From the NCBI GenBank assembly GCA_965261345.1, contig OZ253449.1:2240001-2304000 (forward strand): a DNA stretch of 64,000 nucleotides, given 5' to 3'. This document shows, piece after piece, positions 28,058 through 38,036 of this stretch (position 1 is its first letter; each line of letters opens with the position of its first letter). A model generated the notes under the pieces. It was not told the origin of the DNA, did not search any database, and saw nothing but the letters and a program-made list of their open reading frames with translations. The position numbers and the translations under genes were made by a program. Source of the DNA: Chloroflexota bacterium. GTDB lineage: Bacteria; Chloroflexota; UBA11872; VXNJ01.

Positions 28058-28459
28058 GGTCGATATGCTCTTTTCTGGCTCATTGGATTCAATATCTAAG
28101 GGTTACAGGATGGCTCGTACATAAATTGTTGACTATTCGGATTCCAATTGCGTTGCAGAGAATGCCGGCCGGCCGGTCCTTTCCTGGATTGGTGATATTG
28201 CCGTCCATGGCAACCCTGAATCTTGCCGGCAATCGCCGGAGTTCTTTCCCTTGTTTTGCCAACTGCGTTCGATGTGGATCGGCTGCCATGTCGCACCAGT
28301 TGAACCCGGCACGATTGCTAACCGGGTCCAATTCTGGGATCACTGCTTAAGGTTCAACCGGTGCGGCGGCGCTTTGTGGCAAGTTGCTGGCATTCGCCGG
28401 CTCGGCCTAATTTCGGTCACCGGAAGTTCCGGTGCGGCGAGCGGTGCCGACCGTCTGCC

Positions 28460-28898
28460 GCCGCCGGGCCACGGCCATCAGGCACTGCACTGTGACAATC
28501 AGACATCGTCGGTGGTGCTGAACTACGGTGCCTGCAATTCGGTCTGGATGCTTGACGACTTCACCCCCGACAATGGTGCCACGCGTCTGGTGCCGGGAAC
28601 CCACCGGCTGCTGGCGCAGCCGCGCGATCATCTGGCCGACCCGCACCCGGGCCAGATATTGGCCCTCGGCCGGGCCGGCACGGTGATCGTTTTAAATGGC
28701 ATCATCTGGCACGGCGGCACCGCCAACCGCACCAGCCGGCCGCGGCGAGCCATCCACTCTTTCTGGCTGGCGCGCCAGATAGAGCAGCAGACCGACCAGG
28801 CACACTGGATTTCGCCCGCCGCTATCGCCGAATTGAGTCCGGCCCTGCGCTATTTGGTTCACGTATTGAACCGGCCGCCGGATCGCTGTGCAGTATAA
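28460..28898 (+). pseudogene. 5'-truncated duplicate of the adjacent phytanoyl-CoA dioxygenase gene
   Basis: Near-identical DNA to about 29315-29729 (QALHCD...DDFTPDNGATRLVPGTH...WHGG); lacks the N-terminal ~110 codons and has a 9-bp deletion. Confidence 0.8.
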
Positions 28899-28976
28899 AC
28901 GACAATTACAATACTTGGGTCAGGTTGACATGGCCGCCGCCCGGCAGGCGCGCAACTTGAAGGTGGAGGGGCAGAG

Positions 28977-29732
28977 ATGGATACGAAGACAGCGTTGGCC
29001 GAACTGGGCGTTAACGATGAGGCGTTGACGGAGGAAGAAAAAAGGGAGCTCGACGAGCGGGGCTACGTGATTTTTGAAGATCTCTTCGGCGGTGAGCAAC
29101 TGGCTGCCATGCGGCAGCGATTTGATCGGGTGCTTGCGCTTGAGGGTGGCGACGGTAGGGAAGCTAATGCCGAGGCCAATGTCGGAAGACTGGCCAATCT
29201 CGTCGAAAAGGGCTCCGAATTTGCTACCTGTTACTCTCACCCCAAGGTTCTGGCCGCGATTTGGCACGTCATCGGCGGCGAGATGCATTTGGGCTCCCTC
29301 AATGGGCGCGCGGCGCCGCCGGGCCACGGCAATCAAGCACTGCACTGTGACAATCAAAAATCGGCGGTGGTGCTGAACTACGGTGCCTGCAATTCGCTCT
29401 GGATGCTTGACGACTTCACCCCCGACAACGGTGCCACGCGTCTGGTGCCGGGAACCCACCGGCTGGTGGCGCAGCCGGGCGATCATCTGGCCGACCCGCT
29501 GGCCGAGCACCCGGACCAGATATTGGCCCTCGGCCGGGCCGGGGCGGTGCTCGTTTTTAATGGCATCACCTGGCACGGCGGCACCGTCAACCGCACCAGC
29601 CGGCCGCGGCGAGCCATCCACTGTTTCTGGCTGGCGCGCCAGATTAAGCAGCAGCTGATCCAGGCTGATTGGCTCTCCCCGGCCACGATCGAAAACCTCT
29701 CACCGGCGGTCCGCTACGTCCTGCACGTATGA
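28977..29732 (+). CDS. Phytanoyl-CoA dioxygenase (PhyH) family 2OG-Fe(II) oxygenase
   Basis: GYVIFE, LHCD (HxD), NGATRLVPGTH, WHGG..N.T.RPRRA; SD GGAGG upstream. Confidence 0.92.
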   Translation: MDTKTALAELGVNDEALTEEEKRELDERGYVIFEDLFGGEQLAAMRQRFDRVLALEGGDGREANAEANVGRLANLVEKGSEFATCYSHPKVLAAIWHVIGGEMHLGSLNGRAAPPGHGNQALHCDNQKSAVVLNYGACNSLWMLDDFTPDNGATRLVPGTHRLVAQPGDHLADPLAEHPDQILALGRAGAVLVFNGITWHGGTVNRTSRPRRAIHCFWLARQIKQQLIQADWLSPATIENLSPAVRYVLHV

Positions 29733-30122
29733 ACTTAGCGGCTTTGGCTGAACGGGCTCACGTTTGCGTGATCGGGGCTGGGATCGTCTCGGGGCTTCGA
29801 TTGGCTACCACCTGGCCTGCGAGGACGTAGGCGATGTTGTGGTCGTGGATCGGTCGCCACTGCCTGGTTGGGGATCGAGCGGTTGCGCGGCAGGCGGGTT
29901 CAGGCTGCAATTTACGGACCCGGCCGATATCGCCTTTTCGCGCTGGAGCGCTTGCTGCGATTTGAACGCGACACCGGAGTCAGCCCGCAGCTTCGCCAGT
30001 ACGGATACGTGTTCTTGGCCCAGAGCCCGGCGCGCCTGGCTGCCCTGACGGCGATCAACGCCGCCCAGCGCGGCGCCGGCCTGACCGAAGCGGCGAGGCC
30101 GCTACGACCAGCTAAGGGTTAA
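29729..30122 (+). pseudogene. FAD-dependent oxidoreductase (DAO/sarcosine oxidase beta-like), frameshifted and truncated
   Basis: ATGA overlap with the phyH stop; VCVIGAGIV / GASIGYHLA...GSSGCAAGGFRLQF / QYGYVFLA fall in different frames. Confidence 0.8.
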
Positions 30123-30399
30123 TCGCATCCGCAAATGTTATGGCCTGCGTTCGTATTGCCGCAGGCGCAAAGACCGCGGGCTGCTGCAGCCGCGCGCGAT
30201 GGCCGCGCGGCTGGGGATCCCGGTTGGTTCGCTGGGATACTGGCGACGCCGAGACCGGCTGATCGGCCACGTTGCCGACGATAGAGGCATGCGGCTCTAG
30301 GAGTGGCCCGACAATACGCCGGTCCCGCCCACCCGGAAACCAAGGAAGGAAGGTCGCGACAACGACGCCGTTGTCGTCGACATGATCAGCGAGGTGCAG

Positions 30400-31287
30400 T
30401 GTGCAACCTGAGTTTTGGTCTGCGGCCTTCGGGCATGGATGAACTTCTGGCGCGCGCCCATGGCGGCGACCATCCTCCCGAACTGGTGGGCCCTGAACTC
30501 AAGAGCCGTCGTCGGTCATGACGGCTTCGAGCTGCCAGCCCCGGGCCGACGGATCCCTGGCCACCCTGCGCGCCGGTCTGGACGTCCAGCGGGCGGACGG
30601 ATTGCGCGGGGTTAGGTGCAGCTCGGCCCAGAGGTAGGAGGAAGCAACGTCGATGGCGCTGTGCCGCCACAGGGTGCCCCCGGTGCCGGAGAGGAGGCTG
30701 ATTTGGAAGCAATCAAATTGCACCAGCGCGCCGGGACGATCGACAGGTGGCGCTCGGGTTCCGGTTCGGGACGCTGCGGTCCCGGCGGGGCGGCAGAGCC
30801 GGCCACCAGCGCCAGGCGCCTGGCGCGGTCGCTGCGCCCATGGCGCTTCAGCACCCGCCGGACGCCGGCGGCCGAGACCCGTAGCCCGCCCCACTCCGCA
30901 CGTTGCGGCTCGGCCGCGGGCCGGACCGGTCCCAGGCCGGGGTTGCCGCTCGCGAACGCCACGATGCGCTGCTCGAACAAGGGTGAGATGGAGTTCGGCA
31001 TCTGCGCGCGGCGGCGCTCTCGGGGGCGCAGGAGGCCGGGGCCGTAGCTATCGGCCCGGGACTTCCAGCGGTAGAAGGCGGAGTGATGTATCCCGATTAC
31101 CCGGCGGGCGTCCCTGACGCTGCCGATTCCCCTGGCCAATGCCAAAGTGCGCAGGCGGTAGCGGTATATTGCGTCTTCGGGGGTCATGCAAAGAGGCCTT
31201 TGCTGCGTTTGGTTTCACAGCAGAATGCCTTGCGTGGCCCCTACGAAATCAGGTGCTGACCTGTCGCAGGTACTCGGAAATAGGGCG
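30400..31287 (-). mobile_element. Decayed IS481-family element (frameshifted transposase, 3' truncated)
   Basis: N-terminal HTH (YRYRLR..ALA...FYRWK), PG.LVQFD, AIDVASSY, VMTDDGS / EF...FIHARRPQT across several frames; degenerate left-end-like sequence at about 31261-31287. Confidence 0.8.
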
Positions 31288-31289
31288 GC

Positions 31290-32735
31290 CTAGGCGAGCG
31301 CCAGTTTGCGGTGCCGCCGATCGTATGTCGAGGCCAGCTTGACCAGCAGGGCCTTTCGCATTCGGCCCAGCGCGGGGGCATGGGCCGGATCGCCGGCCAG
31401 GTTGACATGCTCGCCGGGGTCAGCCTTGCGGTCGTAGAGGATCTCGTTGCCCTCGCCGTCAATCCAGTACTTGTTTAGTTTGTCGATGAGCGTGAGCACC
31501 GAGAATCCGCCCAGCGAATCGCGGGTGGCGCCGGGAACCGCGTAGCCAATCTGCGCATTGCCGGGATCGAAGTACTCCACCAGCACACTGTCCTTGCCCG
31601 GTCCGTCGGCACTGGCGAGCTGCCCCCAAAGCGAGGCCCCGTCGACCGGCGCCGGGATCGGCAGCGAGAGGGCCTCCAGCAGGGTGGGCACGAGATCTAC
31701 AGCTTCGAAGAATCCGTCAAATGTTCGCCCGCCGGGCAGGCCACCCGGCCAGCGCCAGACCATCGGTACGTGCAGGCAGGAATCGTAGTGGGCCTGGTGC
31801 TTGCCCATGGTGTAGTTGTCGCCACAGGCGTCGCCGTGATCTGAGTAGTAGACCACGATCGTGTTGTCGAGTTGGCCGGAGCGCCGCAAATGCTCGATCA
31901 CGCGCCCGCAATGGTGATCGACCATCGTGCAGGAAGCATAGTAGTACCGTCGGAATTGGATTACCTCTTCCTCCATGCGCGGAAGCAGGCGCTCGGCGAT
32001 CTGGCGCACCATCACCGGCTTGTCGTCCAATTCGCCGGGCACCACGTCGGGCCGCGGCACGCTTGCGGCCGGATAGCGATCGACATATTCGGCCGGCGGA
32101 TTGCAGGGCGGGTGCGGAAGATAAAAACCGGCGATGGCGAACCACGGAGTGTCACCGGCGGCGTCGATGAACCCAATAGTCTGGTCGGCCACCCAGGCGC
32201 TGTAGGAGAGCTCCTCGGGAGCCTCGAAATCCCAATATTGCTCGCTGCGATCGCCGGTTACCGGGTGCGGCACGCCGACCTTGGCTTCCATGCCCGGGGC
32301 GACCTGACGAATCCAGCGGATGTAGTCGTCGGGGTAGCAGCCCGGCCCTTCGGCGTTAACGTGCACGTCGAAGCCGTAGCCGGGATGCGGGCGATCATAG
32401 TTGCGCGAGCTATGCGGCAGGAAGTGCAGTTTGCCCAGGTTGCCGGTCCGGTAGCCGGCATCGGAGAGGATCTGGGCAACCGTCAACTCGTCCTCTGAGA
32501 GTGCGATGCCATTGGAAGTAACGCCGTGATTGCGGGGGTAGCGACCGGTCAGCAGGGTGGCGCGCGACGGCGCGCAGACGGGATTGTTGACGTAATTGCC
32601 GGTCACGTTGACTCCCTCGGCCGCCAGGGAATCAATGGCCGGCGTCTGCACGTAGCCGTCGGAATTTACGCCCAGGCAATCGAAGCGCTGCTGGTCTGAC
32701 GTGAGGAATAGGACGTTGGGGGGGCGTTCGACCAT
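31290..32735 (-). CDS. Sulfatase (formylglycine-dependent, Cys type)
   Basis: PNVLFLTSDQQR, CAPSRATLLTG (CxPxR), GKLH, SDHG, LYD...DPGE..NLA; SD GGAGG before ATG 32735. Confidence 0.93.
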   Translation of the reverse strand: MVERPPNVLFLTSDQQRFDCLGVNSDGYVQTPAIDSLAAEGVNVTGNYVNNPVCAPSRATLLTGRYPRNHGVTSNGIALSEDELTVAQILSDAGYRTGNLGKLHFLPHSSRNYDRPHPGYGFDVHVNAEGPGCYPDDYIRWIRQVAPGMEAKVGVPHPVTGDRSEQYWDFEAPEELSYSAWVADQTIGFIDAAGDTPWFAIAGFYLPHPPCNPPAEYVDRYPAASVPRPDVVPGELDDKPVMVRQIAERLLPRMEEEVIQFRRYYYASCTMVDHHCGRVIEHLRRSGQLDNTIVVYYSDHGDACGDNYTMGKHQAHYDSCLHVPMVWRWPGGLPGGRTFDGFFEAVDLVPTLLEALSLPIPAPVDGASLWGQLASADGPGKDSVLVEYFDPGNAQIGYAVPGATRDSLGGFSVLTLIDKLNKYWIDGEGNEILYDRKADPGEHVNLAGDPAHAPALGRMRKALLVKLASTYDRRHRKLALA

Positions 32736-32816
32736 TGCGGTGCCTCCGGTTATCCGGGCAATCGGCGTTCGTTTGGCCATTATTGGAAAAATCGATTGCC
32801 AACGGGGCGGAAGACG

Positions 32817-33379
32817 TTGCAAATAACCGCAGTCGAGAGCTTTGTCTATCGCCTCCCTGGCCGATCTTTCGTCGGAGCCTTAGTCTACCCCGACGAAGGC
32901 TTGACCGGCCCGGGTGAAGCCACCCTGATGGAGCGAAGCGGCAGCGTCCGGGCCGCTTTGATGGAAATGGGCGAAATCGTGGCGGAATGGATCCCATGGC
33001 CTCGGAAAACGTCTGGTGGCGGCTTTTCTTGGGTGATCGACGGCGCAGTGGGCCGGTGACCGCATCGGCCATCGACGCCATTGACGTGGCCGTCTGGGAT
33101 ATCCGTGGTCAGGCCCTCGGGGTTCCCATCCATACGCTGCTTGGAGGTGCGCTGCGCGCTGCGGTGCGGATGTACAACCATGCGGTCATGCCCGAACCGG
33201 TAGCGGTGGCGGATGCCCTCGGCCCGCTGCTGGAGGAGGGTTGGACGGCGGCTAAGTTCATCGCCTCACCTTCCGACCCCACCGGCGTGCCCAACCGCGA
33301 ACGGTTCGATCCGCGGGCCGCAGTCCGGCGCGGCGCGGCCGCCACGGCGGCTGCCGCCCACCACCTGATTCTGAGCTAA
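32817..33379 (+). pseudogene. Galactonate dehydratase/mandelate racemase-like enolase, frameshifted and truncated
   Basis: MQITAVESF...DEGLTG.GEATL, then a frameshift near 32987 to SAIDAIDVAVWDIRGQALGVPIHTLLGG...GWTAAKF; ends before the metal ligands. Confidence 0.8.
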
Positions 33380-33411
33380 AAACCCCGGCCTTTACCCATT
33401 CGATCGAGGTA

Positions 33412-34116
33412 TTGGACAGCCTGCCGGTTAGAGCCATGGGCAATCCAAATCTTGACCACAACATCCGTGATCTCTTGGTATCGCTTGACGATGGCAGCAA
33501 GGTAACCGCGGGGTTCCTTTCCCACTACAACCTGACCGGCCAGCTGGAGCGCTGGGGCTTTCCAACCTCAGAGGTACTGGTACTAGAAGACGGCACCCTA
33601 ACCCATTTCTATCAAAGAGGGGCAGTTGACTTCCACTACCTGGGCAGCGGCTGGATTGTGGAAAGAAGACTTGCCTGCGACTACGTCGGTGGGGCAGCAG
33701 AGGGATCCACCGACCAGGGAGTAGAAACCGATCTTCTAAATCCTCATCCCGGTACGCTCTTAGGTCCCTGGGGATACAAGGTATCCGACTTTGCCATCGA
33801 TGGCACCGAGGTTGGCTTTGCCGAATTCTTTGTTGCCCTGGGCGGAGTCTCGGTCTCCGGCTTGCCCAAGATCGATGCCAGGGAGTACGTGGATCTTCCC
33901 GGCAGACTGCATGCCCCAGGGAGAACCTACGGCTTTATCCGCCAGTACTTCCAGGCGGCGGTGCTAGAGTTTCATCCCAATGACGAGCGAACCCCGGTAA
34001 TGCTGACCCTTCTGGGCGATACCCTGCGCGGCGTTCTGGTGCCCGACTTTGCCGAGCATCCTCCGTTTAACGCTGCCATAGAGCTGGTAATCGGAGACGG
34101 GTATGCGCCCTACTAG
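33412..34116 (+). CDS. Hypothetical protein with Chloroflexota-type surface repeat (probably a C-terminal fragment)
   Basis: Two repeats of F...Y...G..ERWGFPTSE...HFYQRGAVDFH / F..LGG....GLP.....QYFQAAVLEFHP...LLGD; no signal peptide, abuts the truncated enolase. Confidence 0.5.
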   Translation: MDSLPVRAMGNPNLDHNIRDLLVSLDDGSKVTAGFLSHYNLTGQLERWGFPTSEVLVLEDGTLTHFYQRGAVDFHYLGSGWIVERRLACDYVGGAAEGSTDQGVETDLLNPHPGTLLGPWGYKVSDFAIDGTEVGFAEFFVALGGVSVSGLPKIDAREYVDLPGRLHAPGRTYGFIRQYFQAAVLEFHPNDERTPVMLTLLGDTLRGVLVPDFAEHPPFNAAIELVIGDGYAPY

Positions 34117-34194
34117 GTGCCGAGGGCGGCACCGGATGGTCGACTTGCGCCGTTGACTGCTGTCAATATCGAAAAACCTGCAACATGAAGACGA

Positions 34195-34989
34195 TCACGC
34201 CGGGTTAATTCGACCGGTCAACAGGCCGAGCATCGCATCAAATCCCGCCAGTTGCATGCGGATTCGAGTTTCCAGCTCAATGACCCCCGGCGTTTCGAGC
34301 GTTACGCCTCGATCGGAGAGATTGGTCATTACGTAAAAGGGCAACGGCCAGTTCTCCCGATCGCGCATGTATTCGGCAATTTCTTCGGGAGTTTCCTCGT
34401 CTTCGTCGTCATCGGACCGGTGGACGACGCCGCGATCGACCGGCATCTCATCGACTTCTGGCTTGGAAAATATGGGCCCTTCGCGTGCAACCGCCGCGAC
34501 CAGGACATCCGACCAGGCATTGGGCATGCTTGTGAAACAGTAAAAGCCGTCTTCAACCGGATCCTCATGGGCGTCGATCCAAAGATCAAGGCGCTCCTGC
34601 CCAATCATTTCCAGGCCCAAGCGAGATTCGGGGCTGTCGCCCAGTTTGAATGTTCGGTTCACATCCTGGCCATCTACGTTCTCGCGGGTGCCAAGGTCAA
34701 AACCGGTCGGGTTTACGCAGGGCAAGACCTTGAATCGAATCTCAGGCCAGTTACGCCAACGCTGCTCCTCTAAAAATTGCAGGACAGCGTGCACGGGCGC
34801 CGGTTCATCACCATGCGTTCCGGAATATAAGCCCACCAAGTACCGGGGGTCGTTGCCGGGCCGCAGCTCCAACCGAATCAAATCAAGCTGGCGTTCAGGC
34901 AATCGATGACGATGGATCGTTAGCCCGGGCGTTCCTTCCAACGCCTCGTAACGGGCCAGCAGGGCGGCGTAATTAGTAACTCTGGGCAT
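34195..34989 (-). CDS. M14 metallocarboxypeptidase/succinylglutamate desuccinylase-like protein (paralog 1)
   Basis: GTHGDEPA (HxxE), PCVNPTG, TREN, DVNRTF, DAHED, TLETP. Confidence 0.88.
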   Translation of the reverse strand: MPRVTNYAALLARYEALEGTPGLTIHRHRLPERQLDLIRLELRPGNDPRYLVGLYSGTHGDEPAPVHAVLQFLEEQRWRNWPEIRFKVLPCVNPTGFDLGTRENVDGQDVNRTFKLGDSPESRLGLEMIGQERLDLWIDAHEDPVEDGFYCFTSMPNAWSDVLVAAVAREGPIFSKPEVDEMPVDRGVVHRSDDDEDEETPEEIAEYMRDRENWPLPFYVMTNLSDRGVTLETPGVIELETRIRMQLAGFDAMLGLLTGRINPA

Positions 34990-35215
34990 GAAATATTTGG
35001 CTGATCAAACTTTGGCGCTCGATTATCGAAAGGAGTTGGCGCGAAATACGGGTCGGAATGGATGCGTGCGACGTGGCAGGTTCAAACGCGCCCGGCACCC
35101 CAATGGACATAGAATTCGGCCGGGAAATGGTTTGGTCACCGGCAAACGCCAATTGCCAACCCAACCCAGGCTGTGAGCTGGTTATCCGAAGAGGCCAAGA
35201 TTGCTTCTGCGGTCG

Positions 35216-36322
35216 TCAAACCGCCCACTTGGCAACGGCACCGGGATCGAGTTCCAACCCCAACCCGGGTTTGTCGTGAAACGGGGACCACTGCCCGTTT
35301 TTTTGTTGAGGAAACTCGGTGTACCAAATCCGATCGACGGTCAAATTGGTGTTCATGTATTCGACTACTTTTAGGTTTGGGGCAGCACAGCATACGTGCA
35401 GGTGAACCAGCTGGACCGAGTGCGGCGCGACCGGTAAGTTGGCTGCGTGGGCCAAGTGTGAAATCTTGAGCCATTCCGTAATGCCGCCGCAGCGGCCCAC
35501 ATCCGGTTGACAGATGTCGGCCCCGCCGGCGGCGATCAACTCGGCAAACCCAAATTTGGTGTATTCGTGCTCACCCGTAGCAACCGGGATATTGACTGCT
35601 TCGCGGACCCGAGCAAGCCCGCGGATATCGTCGGCGATGAGCGGCTCTTCGTACCAGCCCACGTTGAACTCTTCAAACTCCTTGGCCATGTAGATCGCCT
35701 GTTTGGCGTAATACCCGTTGTTGGCGTCTATATATATTTCGACGTCATCGCCGACCGCCGAACGCACCGCCGCCAGGCGGGCAATGTCTTCACGTTCGGA
35801 CTGTCCAAAATCCTTGCCCACCTTCATCTTGAGGCGGGGAATGCCCTGGTCGACATAATCGACCATTTCGGCAATCAGTTCCTTTTCGGTGAAATTGGTC
35901 CAGCCGCCACTCCCGTAGATCGGAAGAGATTCCTGGTAGGGACCAAGCAGCTTGAAGAGCGGCAATCCTAGCGCCTTGGCTTTTAGATCCCAAAGCCCAA
36001 TATCAACCGCCGATATCGCGCAGATCGCCACGCCCTTTCGACCGTATCCGCGAACATGCCAGAACATGTCGTTCCAGAGTTGCTCGATGTTGAATGGATC
36101 CTTGCCGATGAGCAGCTTGCGAAATCCTTCATCGATCGCCTGGCGAACACCCGGATAGGCGAGCCCGATCCCCAGGCCTTCCACGCCCCCGTCGGTATGG
36201 ATGTGCACGAACACCTGCCCGCGTCCGCCGGCCCATTTCGGCGGGTCGGGGATAGTGGCATCCTGGATTGGGCGAGCGTGTGGATAAAAGAGCTGGGTGG
36301 TGGTTACATCGGTAATTTGCAC
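35216..36322 (-). CDS. Mandelate racemase/muconate lactonizing enzyme family protein (MR subgroup)
   Basis: AISAVDIGLWDLKAK, KMKVG (KxK), DANN, EEP, GEH, QPD, APH, PGLGLE. Confidence 0.93.
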   Translation of the reverse strand: MQITDVTTTQLFYPHARPIQDATIPDPPKWAGGRGQVFVHIHTDGGVEGLGIGLAYPGVRQAIDEGFRKLLIGKDPFNIEQLWNDMFWHVRGYGRKGVAICAISAVDIGLWDLKAKALGLPLFKLLGPYQESLPIYGSGGWTNFTEKELIAEMVDYVDQGIPRLKMKVGKDFGQSEREDIARLAAVRSAVGDDVEIYIDANNGYYAKQAIYMAKEFEEFNVGWYEEPLIADDIRGLARVREAVNIPVATGEHEYTKFGFAELIAAGGADICQPDVGRCGGITEWLKISHLAHAANLPVAPHSVQLVHLHVCCAAPNLKVVEYMNTNLTVDRIWYTEFPQQKNGQWSPFHDKPGLGLELDPGAVAKWAV

Positions 36323-36520
36323 GGTGGCTGATCCGGCCCTAGCAGCGAAATGAAATGCGCCCCAATTTCAACATCAAAAGCGATTGCTCGGGCCCGCCCG
36401 CAGCGTTTCTACGGAGAAGGGCCGCTACAAAACTCCCGGACGTTAAGACAGAGGAACCGCCACTTGCGCAATACACAAATTAATCGTGGGCACCGAATCG
36501 TGGGAGCGTTGGCCGGCGCC

Positions 36521-37291
36521 TTAGTTACCGCTGACCAGATTCAATAGCTCCGTGTAGGCTGCCAGCTGCATATTGACTCGCGTGTCCAGGTCAATTACCC
36601 CGGGGGTTTCCAGGGTTACCGATCGCGGGCTTATCTGGGCCTCAACGTGAGTTGACAAGCCCCATTGGTCTGTTTCCCGGCTTCGTTGCTGGCGCGCTAG
36701 GCGGCGCGCCCGATTCAGCGCCACGATGCCGTTTTCAACTTTCATCTCGTCAACTTCCTCACGCGGGTAGATCGGGCCCTCCCTGGCGACCGCGGCAACC
36801 AACCGCGGATCCCAGGCCGATGGAAGTCGCGAGAAACAGTAAAACCCGTCTTCAACCGGGTCTTCGTGGGCGTCGATCCAAAGATCGGTGGGTTCTACTC
36901 CGATCAGCACTAAGGCGGCCAGAGCTTCGGGGCTATTGCCCAACTTGAATGTGCGATTTACGTCCTGGCCCTTAGCGTTTTCACGCGTGCCAAGGTCGAA
37001 ACCGGTCGGGTTGACGCAGGGCAACACCCGCATTTCCAGATTGGGCCAGGCCCGCCAACGCTCTTCTTCGAGGAATTGCAACGTCGCATGAACCGGGGCC
37101 GGCTCATCGCCGTGGCTGCCGGCGCTCAGGCCTACCGTGTGCTTGATCGGGCCCTGGGAGACCAGCGTTAGCCCAACCAACTCGATTGACCGGTCGGGCA
37201 TTCGAAATCTCGAGATCGTCACCCCCGGCAGCGTTGCCAGGCGTTCATAGCGAGCCAAGAGTTGGGCGTATTTGACCGGTCGCGCCATCAA
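36521..37291 (-). CDS. M14 metallocarboxypeptidase/succinylglutamate desuccinylase-like protein (paralog 2)
   Basis: GSHGDEPAPVHA, PCVNPTGFDLGTREN, DVNRTF, WIDAHEDPVEDGFYCF, TLETPG. Confidence 0.88.
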   Translation of the reverse strand: MMARPVKYAQLLARYERLATLPGVTISRFRMPDRSIELVGLTLVSQGPIKHTVGLSAGSHGDEPAPVHATLQFLEEERWRAWPNLEMRVLPCVNPTGFDLGTRENAKGQDVNRTFKLGNSPEALAALVLIGVEPTDLWIDAHEDPVEDGFYCFSRLPSAWDPRLVAAVAREGPIYPREEVDEMKVENGIVALNRARRLARQQRSRETDQWGLSTHVEAQISPRSVTLETPGVIDLDTRVNMQLAAYTELLNLVSGN

Positions 37292-37409
37292 GATCCTTTT
37301 TCGCGGGCCGATTGACGGGTAGATTATCCGTGTACGGGAATCGAGCGCGCTCGGTCAAATTACCGCGTCGGCGATCTGAACGGATGGGCTGGGCCGGTCA
37401 CATTGACGT

Positions 37410-37575
37410 GCATCCTGCTCTTTTTACCGGAATTCCATTGCTCGAACGCGGTGCCGACCGGGAATGGGGACCGGATCCCGAATACGTGGCCTACAGGCAG
37501 GACGCGAGCGTACTAATTCCTTGGCCCGGCCGCAGATCAAGGTCAAGCTGGCGGCAGGTAGCTTTGCGTATTTAG
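37410..37575 (+). pseudogene. C-terminal fragment of a DUF1295 (steroid 5-alpha-reductase-like) membrane protein
   Basis: TGIPLLERGADREWG.DPEY.AY.....VLIPWP resembles the DUF1295 C-terminus; the rest of the gene is absent. Confidence 0.55.
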
Positions 37576-38036
37576 TGCGCGTTGACCGCCACCGCAATAT
37601 GTTTTGGGATACCAGCAGGATAAATCACCCAAGACAGCGAGCCTCTTAACGGAATCGCGCCCACGCGCGGGTCCAGACCGCCGAGGCCAGCGACGGCGCT
37701 GTCCAACGGGCCAGCAGGCGGGCTAGGGCGACCGGAGTCGGGACAGAAGCGGAAATTTCCGCGCATGCGTGCGACGGCCGGCATTTGCACTAAATGGCTT
37801 CGGGTTGGCGGGGCCATCTGCGAGCCGGTAAATATCATAGGCGGTCGTTGTCAGTGACAAAATAATTTTTCCAACCCCGAACGCCGCAGCTGGGAATTTC
37901 CGGTCCCGGTTGCCCGGCCGGCGTCGCATCCTGATGACCTGGAATCAGGCCGGCGCGGCAGCATGAATTTCTTGCTGCTGCAAGCGGTCGAAATCGACTC
38001 CGGAACCTGAGCGCCGATCGGGCGTCGCGGTGGGTG

